The notes under the pieces were generated by a model. The model was not told where the DNA came from, ran no database searches, and was given only the letters and a program-made list of their open reading frames with translations. The position numbers were made by a program, and so were the translations under genes. A DNA stretch of 63,927 bases, counting the filler, from Hyphochytrium catenoides (lineage: Eukaryota; Protista; Hyphochytriomycota): assembly GCA_900088475.1 (NCBI GenBank). It is 10 parts of 10 records of this genome, joined end to end, with 100 filler letters (N's around TTAATTAATTAA, not from the genome) between each part and the next. Parts side by side here need not be neighbours in the genome. Positions count along the whole stretch, not along the records: positions 12,157 to 43,677 come from FLMG01004158.1; positions 43,778 to 46,225 come from FLMG01000531.1; positions 46,326 to 50,702 come from FLMG01000410.1; positions 50,803 to 52,124 come from FLMG01003384.1; 6 more parts are not named here. One strand, written 5' to 3'. Shown in pieces: positions 39,826 through 52,200 of the stretch; position 1 is the first letter of the stretch; every line of letters starts with the position of its first letter.

Positions 39826-40747
39826 GCTGACGACCGGCTGGCTCGCACTCCTAATCGCCAAGCAGTTGGTCTTTGCTCTATGTCATGGTGTGCACGCGGC
39901 TTATTATCGCTTATGCAGTGCAAGCTGCGAGCCAAATTGTAACCGCCTTCCGCCATGTCCATTAGGAGGCTCTCGGACGTATCTTCACCTACCTGAAGGT
40001 AAGGCCACCCAAGGCTACTCCTTGTGTCTAGGAGGAGATGCTTTTATTCAACACTCGGTGCAGGCTGATGATGCTGATTCGGCTAGTGACCCAGTTGACC
40101 GAAAGTCTATCACAGGCTATTTATTTATTGAGCCTCAACGGCGGTGCTTTTGCGTGGAAGTCAAAGGAACAATCTCTCCGAGCGTCGTCAACGACGGAAG
40201 CGGAGTGCGTCTCTTTTTGGTCCGCAAGCCAGGTCGCAGAGCAATTCATCGTATTTCTGAGCGAGCTTGACTTCTCTAACCAGCTGCCCATTCCTATAAG
40301 CCAGGACAACAGGAGCGCGATTAATTAATTGTTCTCTGCTCCTCGTCGTCACGACCAAGTCAAAGGCACTCCAAGCACTGTGTCCTGCAAGAGAGGTCAG
40401 GTCGACAATGGGAGAATTAGTCTGGTCCATACTTCCTCCTCCGTAGCCCTGGTACCCGATTGCCTCACCAAGCCTTTACCCGCTAAAGTCTTTCAAACAC
40501 TGCGTCCTCACCTTGGAGTCCTCCTCCTAGTACCAGTACTGATACAGTACTCTTGGTACTACCCACCTACGGTTATCTGGGGAAAGAGAGTGAGTGAGAC
40601 AACAATTTGGTGAGTTAATTTGACCATCACCTGGTGATCCAGGGAAGCTAGGTATGATGGGGAGTCGAGTGCTACAATGCTCGTTGCCAGTAGTACAGTA
40701 GTCATTCTCTATGCACACTTAGTTCTCAGAGACATAGACGTTACAAG
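39826..40747 (+). mobile_element. Decayed Copia RT end/RNase H, 3' UTR and start of 3' LTR
   Basis: DADSASDPVDRKSITGY, GGAFAWKSKEQ..SSTTEAE, QDNRSAI, DCLTKPLP. Then GGGGAG and GAGTGCTACAATG (LTR start ~40664), cut at 40748 by another LTR. Confidence 0.88.
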
Positions 40748-41059
40748 TGTTAGAGTCTGAGGGCACAGCTACGTGGAGTGGACTATAAGCTGGCAAGCTT
40801 AGCTACCCCAACTTCCAGCTCCAACTACCCCATTAGAAGCCGAGAATTGAAGCAAACGAGTTGTCGCTGTTTATATCTATGGTTTATGGTCAGTACCCCG
40901 GAACATCTTCGCTCTGGACAAGGTATCTTTATGTCTGAACATCTTAGAGTTTGTTAGGAATATAGTTGGCATAGTCAGAATAGTTCTAGATTGTGGGACC
41001 CCAGCTGGGTTTATAAGTAGAGCACTCTCATCTATAAAAATACAACAGGTTATGATCCC
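40748..41059 (+). mobile_element. Copia 5' LTR (40748-41047) plus half-tRNA-iMet-type PBS
   Basis: TGTTAG...TACAACA followed directly by GGTTATGATCCC, complementary to a CAU anticodon stem-loop as in copia-type priming. Confidence 0.8.
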
Positions 41060-41289
41060 ACGCGCCCCCAGGGCTCCGAAATTTGTTCTGAGGCCCCTGA
41101 GCCAAGAACTGGACCGTTGCAATCCCGGCCGAGACCAAGATTAAGTCAGTCCCCTGAGCAGCCAACGAGCTCCACTGGGCAGTAACGGCTACCTAGTACC
41201 GCCAGCAGCCACATCAACTAGCCAGTAGAGGCCATCCCGGACAATGCCGAACGGTAAGAGAGCTGTTAATGGGACTCATATCCATTGAA

Positions 41290-41460
41290 ACTCTTGCAAA
41301 ATTACCGAGAATTGCAACCACAACGTCTCCACAGAAACGATAAGGCACGCTTCGCGGCATGAACCATGCGGCGAGCTGATTCTACAAGAGTGTGCGGTTT
41401 ACCTTCAACGACGCCACATTGTGCTGGTGAGCACGGTGTTCTGAGATGTGTACTATTCCG
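41290..41460 (-). pseudogene. Copia integrase fragment
   Basis: TPCSPAQCGVVEGKPHTLVESARRMVHAA matches the PQQNGVAER.NRTL.E.AR.ML consensus. Confidence 0.75.
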
Positions 41461-41467
41461 CGTGCTT

Positions 41468-41655
41468 GACAAGAGTGCTACGCTGGTCCTTGTCAGTTGT
41501 AGCCACTCTCTATCCACACCTAACTCTCAACGAGATAGGCGTTACCCGTACAATTGGGTTATGGGAAAGGGAGATATGAGGAGAAGAATTCCATGAACTT
41601 TTCCTTGTAAACACTAGAGCACAGGGAGAGTGAGAGATTGCGAGGGAAGCTGATT
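41468..41655 (+). mobile_element. Diverged partial copy of the 40664/42664/43099 LTR family
   Basis: Collinear blocks GAGTGCTAC, CACTCTCTAT.CACACCTA, GTTATGGGAAAG, GAGAAGAATT and GAGGGAAGCTG. Confidence 0.7.
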
Positions 41656-41689
41656 TTAGATGTGTTTGGGATGTATTGGACAATCTCAT

Positions 41690-41974
41690 TATATGGAGAG
41701 TGCTCTACTTATAAGCCCAGCTGGGGTCCCACAATTTAGAGCTATTCTGACTATGCCATTCCTAATAAAGTCTAAGTTGTTCTGGCATAGAGATAGCCGT
41801 GTCCAGAACAGTCAGTCCTAAAGGTATTCCGGGGTACCGACCATAAGCCATAGGTATAAACAGGGACATTTCGTTTGGTTGATATCTCGGCTTCTACTGG
41901 AAGTTTGGACCTGGATTTTGGGTACCTAAGCTTGCCAGCTTGTAGTCCACATACCTGTGCCCTCAGACTCAACA
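41690..41974 (-). mobile_element. Inverted copy of the 40748 LTR family
   Basis: Reverse complement begins TGTTGAGTCTGAGGGCACAG and shares AAGCTGGCAAGCTTAG, GGCATAGTCAGAATAG and CCCCAGCTGGG.TTATAAGTAGAGCACTCTC. Confidence 0.85.
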
Positions 41975-42663
41975 GCTGACATGATTCATTTAGAGAATAT
42001 TCATCATATCATTCATTACCCAGTCCCTCTGCTATTGTGTTATTTAGATTGTACTCATACAGAAGCTTCAGGCATTGCCATTCAGCTTTGTAATTCTCAT
42101 CAGAAAGCAGAGTCATTCATGGCTTCGCAGCAGTATTACCTCCTCGATCGCTGAATTTTCTGTATTTTACGTTTGATCTATCGTTCTGCTAATCGAACAA
42201 ACGTGTCCAGATGAGTGATCACTTCATCACTGCTTTTCAACAAACAAAAAATTAGCCCCGTGTGTGTTCACCTACGAAGACGACGTAGTAGCGGTGTCAA
42301 CTTAGGCTAAGTGTATTGGCAACACCCACATCAGACTGAACCAGCTCGAGGGGTCGTGAAGTTCTAAGACCTGCTTTTTTAGGGAATTTACGGTGTCTCA
42401 GTTTGCCCAGAATGCATGGGAGCACAATGGATCCTCATTTTGATTGAACTGATGGCCTTCAGCAACTTTGGGTAGCTTCTCAATGCCTGGGATGTTAACG
42501 TGCCCCGGGGCCGCGATGCCAAATGGTAAGTGACACAACTGGCATCGGTTCGTGGTGATTATACTACTGGTGGATCATTTTGGTGTTTCAGATGTGATTC
42601 GTACCTATTATCGAGAGGTTTTAAACTTAGTCCTCGGAGTAGAATAGCGTACCGACGGCAGTG

Positions 42664-43099
42664 TGTTGAGTGCTACAATGTTCGTTGTCAGTAGTACAGT
42701 AGTCACTCTCTATACACACCTAGCTCTCAGGGACATAGATATTACGGGTAGACCTGTGTTATGGAAAAGAGGGATGTGAGAAGAATTTCCAGAAGAACAC
42801 AGGAGCAGCACAATCTAGATGAAACGATAACAAAGGGACTGGGTATTGATCTATGATTGAGATTTCTCTGAATGATGACTCAGTCCAGAGCTTGGTCTGG
42901 ACTCGAGATCTTTTGCTCGGCCCCAGCTTCCCTCATCATCTCTCCTGTGCTGCTCCTGTGTTCTTCTGGAAATTCTTCTCACATCCCTCTTTCCCATAAC
43001 ACAGGTCTACCCGTAACGTCTATGTCCCTGAGAGCTGCTAGGTGTGTATAGAGAGAGTGACTACTGTACCACTGACAACGAACATTGTAGCACTCAACA
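42664..43099. repeat. Long inverted repeat of LTR sequence (arms 42664-42812 and 42946-43099)
   Basis: TGTTGAGTGCTACAATGTTCG...GAGCAGCACA and its near-perfect reverse complement, with a 133 bp spacer. Confidence 0.92.
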
Positions 43100-43677
43100 T
43101 TCCCCCTCCTACCTAGCTTCTCTGGAACATCAGTGGTGAGGGTCGAAGTAACTCACCTAATTGTCGCTCTCACTCACTCTCTCCCCCTCAGACGAAGCTA
43201 GGTGGGTAGTGGCAAGAGTACTGACACTAGGAGGGAGCACTCCAAGGTGAGGAGTGTCCGAAAGAGAGGAGCAGGTAAAGACTTGGTGAGGCAATCGGCT
43301 ACCATAGCTGTAGAGGGAGTATAGACCAGCTTAATGTTCCCATGGGCGACCTTCTCTTGCAGGACACAGTGCTTGACATCTAAAGTCTTTGACTTTGGTC
43401 GTGAAGAGGAGCAGAGGACAATTGTGCTTTGGTTGTCCTGATTAATAGGGATGGCCAGCTGCTTGGAGAAGCCAAGCTCGCCAAGGAACACACACACTGA
43501 AGTGCTCTGCGACCTGGCTTGCGGACCAAAGAGAGACGCACTCCGCTTCGGTGGTTGACGACGCTCTGAGAGGTTGTTTCTTTGACTTCCATGCAAAAGC
43601 ACCTCCGTTGAGGCTCAAGTTCAGTCGGTGATAGACTTGCGGTCAGCTGGGTCACTAGCCCAATCAGCATCAGCCTG
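43100..43677 (-). mobile_element. Copia RNase H, 3' UTR and PPT; same family as 39826-40747; runs into gap
   Basis: FLGELGF..PINQDNQSTI..SKTLDVKHCVLQEKV..VYTPSTAMVADCLTKSLP. PPT AGGAGGGGGAA abuts the LTR start at 43099. Confidence 0.9.
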
Positions 43678-43777
43678 NNNNNNNNNNNNNNNNNNNNNNN
43701 NNNNNNNNNNNNNNNNNNNNNTTAATTAATTAANNNNNNNNNNNNNNNNNNNNNNNNNNNNNNNNNNNNNNNNNNNN

Positions 43778-44304
43778 ATTACGGGCCTGCTAGGTTTGTT
43801 CGCGGCTCTATAAAGGCTGGGATAGCTGAGGCCTTCCTCACGCACTGCCTGAGCGGCTAGAGCCTCTACTGTCTCTGATGGCCGCAAGTGGGAGAGCTCT
43901 TCGCGGTCCAAAGGAGTCACAGCGCCCTGCCGTATCTCAGTTCCAGTGAGTAGTTCACTCTCACTCTGAGTATCTGCCCCTGGGCAATCTGTGGAGTCCT
44001 TCGCGGTCAGATCTCTAGGAGAGGGAGCCGGTTGAGTCTCCTCATCCCCTTGCTGACTCGAAGGTGTGACAGGTACTGCAATTTGTGCTTGGTGTTTGAG
44101 AGATGACAGGACTTCCTTCACGATCGCTGCCTTCTGCTGCTCCAGCACCTGCCGGGTCTCCTCGCGGAGTTGCTGGGATTTTAAAGGTTAGATAGGTTAT
44201 GACAGACAGGCTTAAAAGAATAGCGTCCGACCTACCGCAGCGAGCTCCTGGAAGATGCGCTCATGCTCTTCCCTAGAGATGGAGCCTCCGCTTGTCTGCT
44301 CCAT
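43778..44304 (-). CDS. Hypothetical protein, 5' exons (runs into gap)
   Basis: MEQTSGGSISREEHERIFQELAA, short intron, QQLREETRQVLEQQKAAIVKEVLSSLK..., open to the gap. Confidence 0.5.
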
Positions 44305-44762
44305 ACTGCAGAGTCTATGCCTCTCACAGTCTCAGGCTAATACTATGCCGTCCGATGGGCTGGCTTTGCCCGTCATTATCTCCCTGGAGTTTGTATCCCT
44401 GCCGAGAGCTACATACGTGGCCACATGGGACGTAATGGACTGCAGAGACACCTTCTGGCATCGCTTCTGGAGTCAGTCCGCCTGTAGGGACAAATAGCAA
44501 TAATCTCCGTTGATATATATCACCTTTATCCTCTTGCTCCTCTGGAGCCCTGCAGATGGGGCTGCGACTTTGTTGGAGGCGCAATAATCTTCGCAGCCAA
44601 GAAAAGGCAATAAATCTTCAGTAATTCGCGTGCTCAAGCAGAATGTAACGCTCTTTGCCTATTCAGTACTTGCGTTCGGAATGGAGGCCATCTTGGTTGT
44701 TCTGATGAGGAATATGCATGATGGCGTGATGGTGTCGTTTGGGGCTTCGCATCTCTTTCCTG

Positions 44763-44794
<32 letters not shown>

Positions 44795-45681
44795 CTCTCT
44801 TGCTCCCTCTCGCTCTGTGTCTCTGACTCTCTCGCTCCCTCTCTCTCTCTCTCTCCCTTCTCTCTGTGTGTCTCTCTGCCTCTCTCTCAGTCTCTCATTC
44901 TCCCTCATCTTCTTTCCCTTTTTGTTGCTCTCCTCCTCCTCTCTCGCTCTTTCCTCTTCTCAACTCTCCTCCTCTCCCTTCTCTCCCCCTTCTCTCCTTC
45001 TCTCTCTCCTTTTCTCTTTTTTCGTCTACCTCTTTCTTGTCCTTCTAGCTCCTCCTTCTCTCTCATCACCATCTCATCAGCTCTACAAGTTGATGGCTTG
45101 CTCTGTCTCTGCTGTTGTTCCTTTCTCTCTCCCTCAGTTCCCTCCTGCTCTTTCCTTTCTCCACGCCCTCTCTCCCACCCTATCTTATGACAACCTTAGC
45201 TCTTCCTTCCTCTCTCTCCCTTTCTTTTTGATAGACTGGTGACTCTTAGTTTGGCGTCAGCGTCTCGGCGGCTATCCTCCTGTACTAAGTGGTGATCTGT
45301 GTCTTTCTCTCTTTCTCTCTCTCTTTCTCTTCCCCTCGGCCATTTTTAGTAATGCCTTGACTCTATCGAGAGACGAAGCGTCCCGGCCACACAGTGAGGG
45401 CAGTGAGGGCCCAGGCGTCAGAGATCAAGAAGAAACAGAGGGAGGACAGTGAGAGACAGAGACCGATTGCACAGAGAGCAGGACAGGGAGAGAAGGAGGA
45501 GGAGAGAAATGCGGTAGGAAAGAGAGAACTCTTGAGACGCAAAGATAGCAGGATGGAGCTCTCAAGACTCAGCTGCTCGACGAAGCCCTGTCCAATAGTC
45601 AGAGAGAGTGCGCTACCCTATCTCTCCCGCAGATAGTGTAGGAAAATCAGTGCTANNNNNNNNNNNNNNNGAGAGAGAGAG

Positions 45682-45879
45682 ATGGAGTCAAATAAGCGGG
45701 TTCGGGTTGTTTGCCGCATTAAGCCAGCGCTAGGAGGAGACCAGCAGACCATTCAGTATAACCTGGACCAGAAGGTGACGTCTATTTGGACCTTTCTATC
45801 TGGATTCCGCACTTCTCTCTCCTATCTTGCTGTCCATTCTCTCCCTCTTTCGTCCTCTCTTCTTCTGCTGTTCTCTCTC

Positions 45880-45946
<67 letters not shown>

Positions 45947-46225
45947 TCTCCCTCTCTCTCTCTCCCCCCATCTTCTCTCCTTTCTTCTCGCTATGTTCTT
46001 CTTCCATACTTATAGTCCGTAATGAAAAGCCGCTCCTTGACCCATTTGCTCTGTTCCTTGTCAGAATCCTTCTATCTGTTAGCTAGGCCACAACTGGTCT
46101 TTCTGCCTCTCTTCCTCTCTCTCTCACTCTCGCTCTCTTGCTCTGTCACCCTTCAGGCCATCCAAATTCATCAGGCGAGGGATGAGAGAGGCGGCGCCGT
46201 GAACAATCAGATCGAGACTTTCTCT
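45682..46225 (+). CDS. Kinesin motor N-terminus, kinesin-9 (KIF6/KIF9)-like, truncated by gap
   Basis: KRVRVVCRIKP, then in-frame exon AIQIHQARDERGGAVNNQIETFS (kinesin-9 VNNQ...F.FD pattern). Confidence 0.75.
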
Positions 46226-49200
46226 NNNNNNNNNNNNNNNNNNNNNNNNNNNNNNNNNNNNNNNNNNNNTTAATTAATTAANNNNNNNNNNNNNNNNNNN
46301 NNNNNNNNNNNNNNNNNNNNNNNNNGATCGCGATTTGCCTTGACCTAGCAGTAGTACCGGTACAGAATGTAAAGCCGAACAATTGGATCGAGCGGATTGG
46401 GTTTACGGTTGAGCACTCTTTGATAGCGCCGCAATGCATTTTCTTCGGTATCATCCGTGGCTGAGCCATCAGAGTACAGCTTGGGCGGCAAGACGAAGGT
46501 AGCTCCTGAAACTTCTGTGTACCTTTCTTGCCGTGCTGGACTCCTGATCATGACCCACATACTTGTCGTCTGGCGAGGATACATCACCTCTCCGACTGCT
46601 TGGTGCATCTGGGGCTGTTGAAAGAGATAAGAAATAAAGATGTTTGAGCGCGAAATCTCCTATAGAGGTAAAGACCACACTCGCCTCCCTCATTATCAAT
46701 AGCTGAGCATGTATTCTTATCCGGTGCGCAATGCACGGCCATTGAGCCCTGCTGATTATGGCCAGAGTAACAACGACCAAGCGAGCATGCCTGAAGAGAA
46801 CAGGGGTGAACAGGGAGAAGCTGGCAAATATGGATAAATTTGTTAATGGAGCGAACAGAACTCAAATTGTCAACATCTTCTATCTTCGGCTGCTGATGAC
46901 CGGCAAATCCATTGTGATGACGGCTCATGTGGATGCAAATATGTAGCCAGCTTGAAGGCAGCGTGAGAAGGGTGGCGCGTCTTCTGGACAGTTCGACAGG
47001 CAGAGCCGGCGAAGTGGCGACAGCGAAATGACAAATGTTCCACCTCAAGGGCTAGATACCATCGGAAAGGGTACCGGAAGTGAAGTCGCTGAGTGGATCC
47101 TGTGTTCCCAAGGGATACGCAGCTGTACATCATCACCAGGACGACTCAAGAAATTTAGATTTTTATAGTCTGATGAGGACTATAATCAGTGGCTTCGCTT
47201 GCGATAAACATCTCAAGTTGCCACGGACACGACACCAGCTTTCCTGTCCTATCTCTTCCTCAGTTCTATATCGGACGTGCCACTTTCCTCAGTGCCAAAG
47301 CCAATCAGATCAATCTGTGGGAAGCCATCTATTGGTCCCGGAGCACGATGGGGGATGCCAGTCAAGCCAAGGAGTTGCGACAAAGAGAAGTGGTATTGAA
47401 GTACCAAGGTCATAATGCAGTTAGATGATAGTAGGGGAGACGGAGAATAGGAACACTATAAAGCAGAAGACTAAAGAAGAAAATTAACAGCCCTGACTGA
47501 TACTCTTCAGTGCCAGACTGCACTTCCTCTCCTCTAGGTGAAAACATAGACGGACTATGTCTCTTACCTCAGGCAGCCATTACTCACTCTTTGTCTCTTA
47601 GAAAATGGCAGAGACGCGATGGACCGCTCAGTGTGGGGCAGACCTGAAGAGAAAGAGACGACGAGATATAGGCAATCGCAAAGTCAGACCAAGTCAGATA
47701 AGGCGCCTGAGAGAGCTGAGCCTCCGAACCATCCTTGAAGGCTCACCACTGGCGTCTGATATGCACTGAACGATCCTCAGTCCGATAGTGTAAGAAGCTG
47801 TGTTGGATCAGTACCTGCGAAGCCATGAAAGCTGTCAGAGATCCTCCACGCAGAACAAAGCCGCAGAGTCAGAGAGGCCAAAGCGAGCACCGAAGATGGG
47901 TGCCTCTTCGAAGCATTCAAGATGTTAACGTTCGCCGTGACTGTAGTAGCTAGGTTGTTGTTAATTTGTCTTCAATCGGCTTTGTCTCTGAACTGAAGAC
48001 ATGCCATTCTTACTCCTTGTTCTGCGCCTCTCTAATGGTTTATAGAGGACTATGGCTCTAAACTGAAGATCCGCCATCGTCACTCCTAGTTTCTTTGATT
48101 TTATCGAAGGGAGACGAAGAGCATTTAATGCGGACTGGGTCTGAGAGGACGGTACACAGGCAAACAGAATGTCAGACACAATCAGATGGTGGTCTGAGTC
48201 TGATGTTTCCGTCCGCGTCATGCAGGAACCGCTTTCGGTCTAGGACCCACGAAGCCATGAAAAGCCACCGGTCAGCGACCCACAGAACAACGACGGACTT
48301 CGCAGGCTTCAGAGGAGATCGCGAGCACTAACGTTGTCTGCCCTTCTCATCACAGCACACAAATGATTCTTTCCAACGAATATATACGTCGTTTAGTCTC
48401 GCTGTCGTTGTAGCTAGGTTCGACGTCATTTTAGTCTTCAATGGTCTTCCTCACAGCGCTGAGAATCACACTCAAACTCTACACCCGAGGCGAACGAATC
48501 CGGTTGACAACTCACCTCACTCAAAGTTTTCCTCTCACTAGCCCTCCCTTCTCTCGTAACCCTTGTCGCTCTCTTGCAGCCCGTAGTCTTCTCTCTACTA
48601 CTAGTACCATCACTGTCTCCCTCTTTGAGCAGATTAGCGGGCCAAACGGCCATTGGTCCTTCAGAGCATGGCCTGGTAGTCGCTTAGTAACGCTCAAAGC
48701 TGTAGGAGTGCCTTCGGCTGTTGGACAGGATTGCCTGGATCTCGCCAGCGTCCCGGCGCTATAAAGTGCTCGCCAACCAGGAAAAAGACGGTCGGGTCTT
48801 TGCGGGTACTACAGCTGGCACGGCGGAGAGGAAGCAAGAGGTATACTACCTATTTGAAGAGTGCTGCTGTGGTTTGGTTCGCTGTTGGGCTGGCTTCCAA
48901 AGTCAAAGTTAGGAAGTCCCTTCGCCACGCAGCAGTCTGAATCCGTCCATCACTTCAAAAAAAAGCCAATCACTAGAGGAAGAAGTGCTAAATCAACCCC
49001 TTCTCAGCCCCTGCTGGGGTTGGAGTGACAAGAGGAACCTCTCGCCACTCGAAGCCCGTTGGTGAACTACGCAGTTCCTGAATATATAGCAGCCGATGAA
49101 GACCAAACAGGTCTGGGTGGCGATCATTATAACTGAACAAAGTGTTGTTGCGGCCACATAGGTTGGTCTTATATATTGCCCTCCTCCTTTGCTTTCTGGG

Positions 49201-52200
49201 GACATCCGTCTCTAGCTCCCAAGAACTGAAAGTGGAAACATAACTGTTTGACAACGAATTTCTGGCTTTGATTGACTAATATTGGACCACACTGCCATCC
49301 TCAATTCTCACACCATGAGGATAAGAAGCATGCTTGACGATACCATTAGAGTGATTACTGAAGTGAGTACAGAGCATGACAGCGTCAATGGAGCGGACAG
49401 AAGTCAGACCGTCAGCCTTCATTCTTCTAGCCTGGTAAACGACAGCTACGGCTAAGGGTATATGCACTTTCTGGACTGCTTGAGAGCACGTACAGAGAAC
49501 GAGGAGCTCCCTAGAGGGCGCTACAGATCAGCGGTGGCAGAAAGGCAAGGCCTACACCTCTATGGCTAGATAAAGGGAAAGCTAGGTTTCTGACTGAAGT
49601 AGGCTGTTGCAAGATGATAGAAAAATGGAGGACAAAGAGCAGGACCAGCTTAGTAACACCGCGTGGCAGGAACGTCTTATTAAAGTGTCACAACCTTACT
49701 AAGGTTACCCGTCCTCCTCTTCTATTCTGAGGTCCCATTCCGTCAATGCTAAAAACCAAACACTGCCAAACAAGGGAAAGCCATGACGCTATTAGGGAGC
49801 AGATGGCGGATAGTGGTGAACAAGACGAAGTCAGGAGTTGTTGAAGCAAAATAAATGGCTCTGAAGCGCCAGGGTCATAATGCAGTGGAGACGGGAAGAG
49901 GAGAGATGGCGGAACCGAACATTTGCAATGTATGGGCCCAAGGGAAGGAGGATTCAACCTTATTTGAGGGCGAATCTTTTAACTTCAATTTCTAGTTACA
50001 GACCGCACTCTCTCTCGGCCAAATGAAGGGAAGGGCTATAACCCTTAACTAAAGACGAACTATCCCTCACTCTTTGGTTGCCTTCAAATGGCAAAGCAAA
50101 TACGAACACGCCTGAAGAGGAAAGAGACATTGTAGGGAGTTGTTATTAGATCATACCAACTGATGAGCCTGAGAGCTAAGCAAGTCCTTGAACCATACCT
50201 GGTGGGTGCCCTGCGGTGATGTCGATTGCGCGAATCGCAGTCTGATGGCCTTCTATCCCTGCTCCCCAGAAGCCTCGCCACTATTCAGGATATCCGCTGC
50301 AATGCCCGTCGATAGCTGCCTGTCAGGGGTAGAACGAACAAGCAGGCAGAGGTTGTTGTTGGCAGCGGTCAAAGGAGATAGTATGATGCAAGCACCGAAA
50401 AGTTGCCGAATCGAAGTACATGCTTGATATAACTCCTCACCGATCTTCATCCACGTGAAGTATTTCTTCGCGGGTTCGTAGCTGGCTTGATCTTAGTCTG
50501 TCTTCAATCGTCCCCGTCACGAGAGGTTCTGCCAACCATACTTCAAGCCACACCGAGGAAGGCACTTCCAACTGCTGACCCACCCCCAGTATCTTCCCTC
50601 TCACTAAGTCATCTCTCTCTTTCAGGCCCTTGTCTCTCTCTTGCGACCGTGCTTCTCTCTCTACCACTCTCAGTCTCTCTCTCTTCAAGTAGGTCAGCAG
50701 ACNNNNNNNNNNNNNNNNNNNNNNNNNNNNNNNNNNNNNNNNNNNNTTAATTAATTAANNNNNNNNNNNNNNNNNNNNNNNNNNNNNNNNNNNNNNNNNN
50801 NNGTTTTCTTCAGCAGCTTTGCAGCATCTGGTGGGAGAGCAAAGTCAGCAAAAGTAGGAGAGGAAATCTGGAAGATATAAAAGGAGAGAGAGGGAGGGTA
50901 ACAGGGTGTGGAAACGAACCCAAACCGCTGGCGGTGCGTTGGGTGTCAACAGATAGACACCATGGCTATGGTAGGATACTTCGAGGTAATGGCTTAATGG
51001 GAGAGGAAGAGGCTGCAGATGTCAGGACCGAAGAAAGGAGAATGGGGGGAAACATAGTGGCGGGGTTTCACCTCTTCTAACCAGGAGCGCTCCAAGGCCA
51101 GTTGGATAGCCAAAGATTTTATAGAAGGAGATAGAGACGAAGTCGGCTGGGGTCGCTGTCAGGTCAAGCCGAGACGTTGAGACGTACTTGGCAGCATCCA
51201 GAAGAACCAGCCATCGCCTGTGGAATAAAGGAAGTCAGAGTCATCAAGAGGAACGGCGCACCCGCCCTTCTCTCGCTATCATTTATGTCTTGTCTCCGCT
51301 CAGTTCGATTGCCTCTGTCTGTCCCTTTCTATCTTTCTCTCCCGACCACTCACTACGTGGGGCTCTGGGTATGGCTCTCTCTTTCATCCTCTTTCTTGTG
51401 CTGCAGCTTTCTCCCCTTGAAGGCACATACCCATGACTCCCTCTGACTCCGTTCTGCTTGACGCTTTGGACGATGTCCAAGGGATATCTAACGCCGTTAA
51501 AGTTACTTTCTGCTGGAAATGCTAGGAGATGATAGAGCTCTTGTCTTCCGTTTTGATCTTCCCCTGGTACTTGGAAGCTCTCACTTTCACTTTCACTTTG
51601 GCCGCCATTAGCAGTGATCTGTCGGTAAGAGCAGGTCCGTTAGTATCGCACGCGCCTTTCTTCATATCTGGCAGCTCTATCTCTTCTTTCTGCTTGCTCT
51701 TCTCTTGGATAATGCTGATGTCTTTCTCTCCTTTTGGCTAATGCTCTAGTCTCTGCTCTCACCCATTAACCATCAATTGCACAGCAACGACGGGTCTACT
51801 GACAAGGGAACATGACGCAAAACTCTCCTGTCTCAGAACCTTGTCTCTTTTGCCCTATTCCAGGCATCTCTCACCTCCTTTTCAGTAAGATTCCTCAGCT
51901 CCTCAGGTTCTAGGACTCTGACACTGGCGCCTGGTCTCTCTGCATATCCTCTAACTCCTAAGACGCTGGTATGATTGTCTTTCGATAAGATAAAGTGACT
52001 CTCTTCGCTCCAGGGAAAATTCTCTCCGACCAGTTTTATCGCGGCCGTCGCTCCAGAGGTGAAGATGAGAGAGTATTCCTCAGGAGACGCAGAGAAGAAA
52101 GAGAGAAGTCTGGAAGAGACCTCTNNNNNNNNNNNNNNNNNNNNNNNNNNNNNNNNNNNNNNNNNNNNTTAATTAATTAANNNNNNNNNNNNNNNNNNNN

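Noticed and set aside
50990-51510. Glycosyltransferase-like fragments on the minus strand
   Set aside because: Only vague motif resemblance with stops; not supportable.
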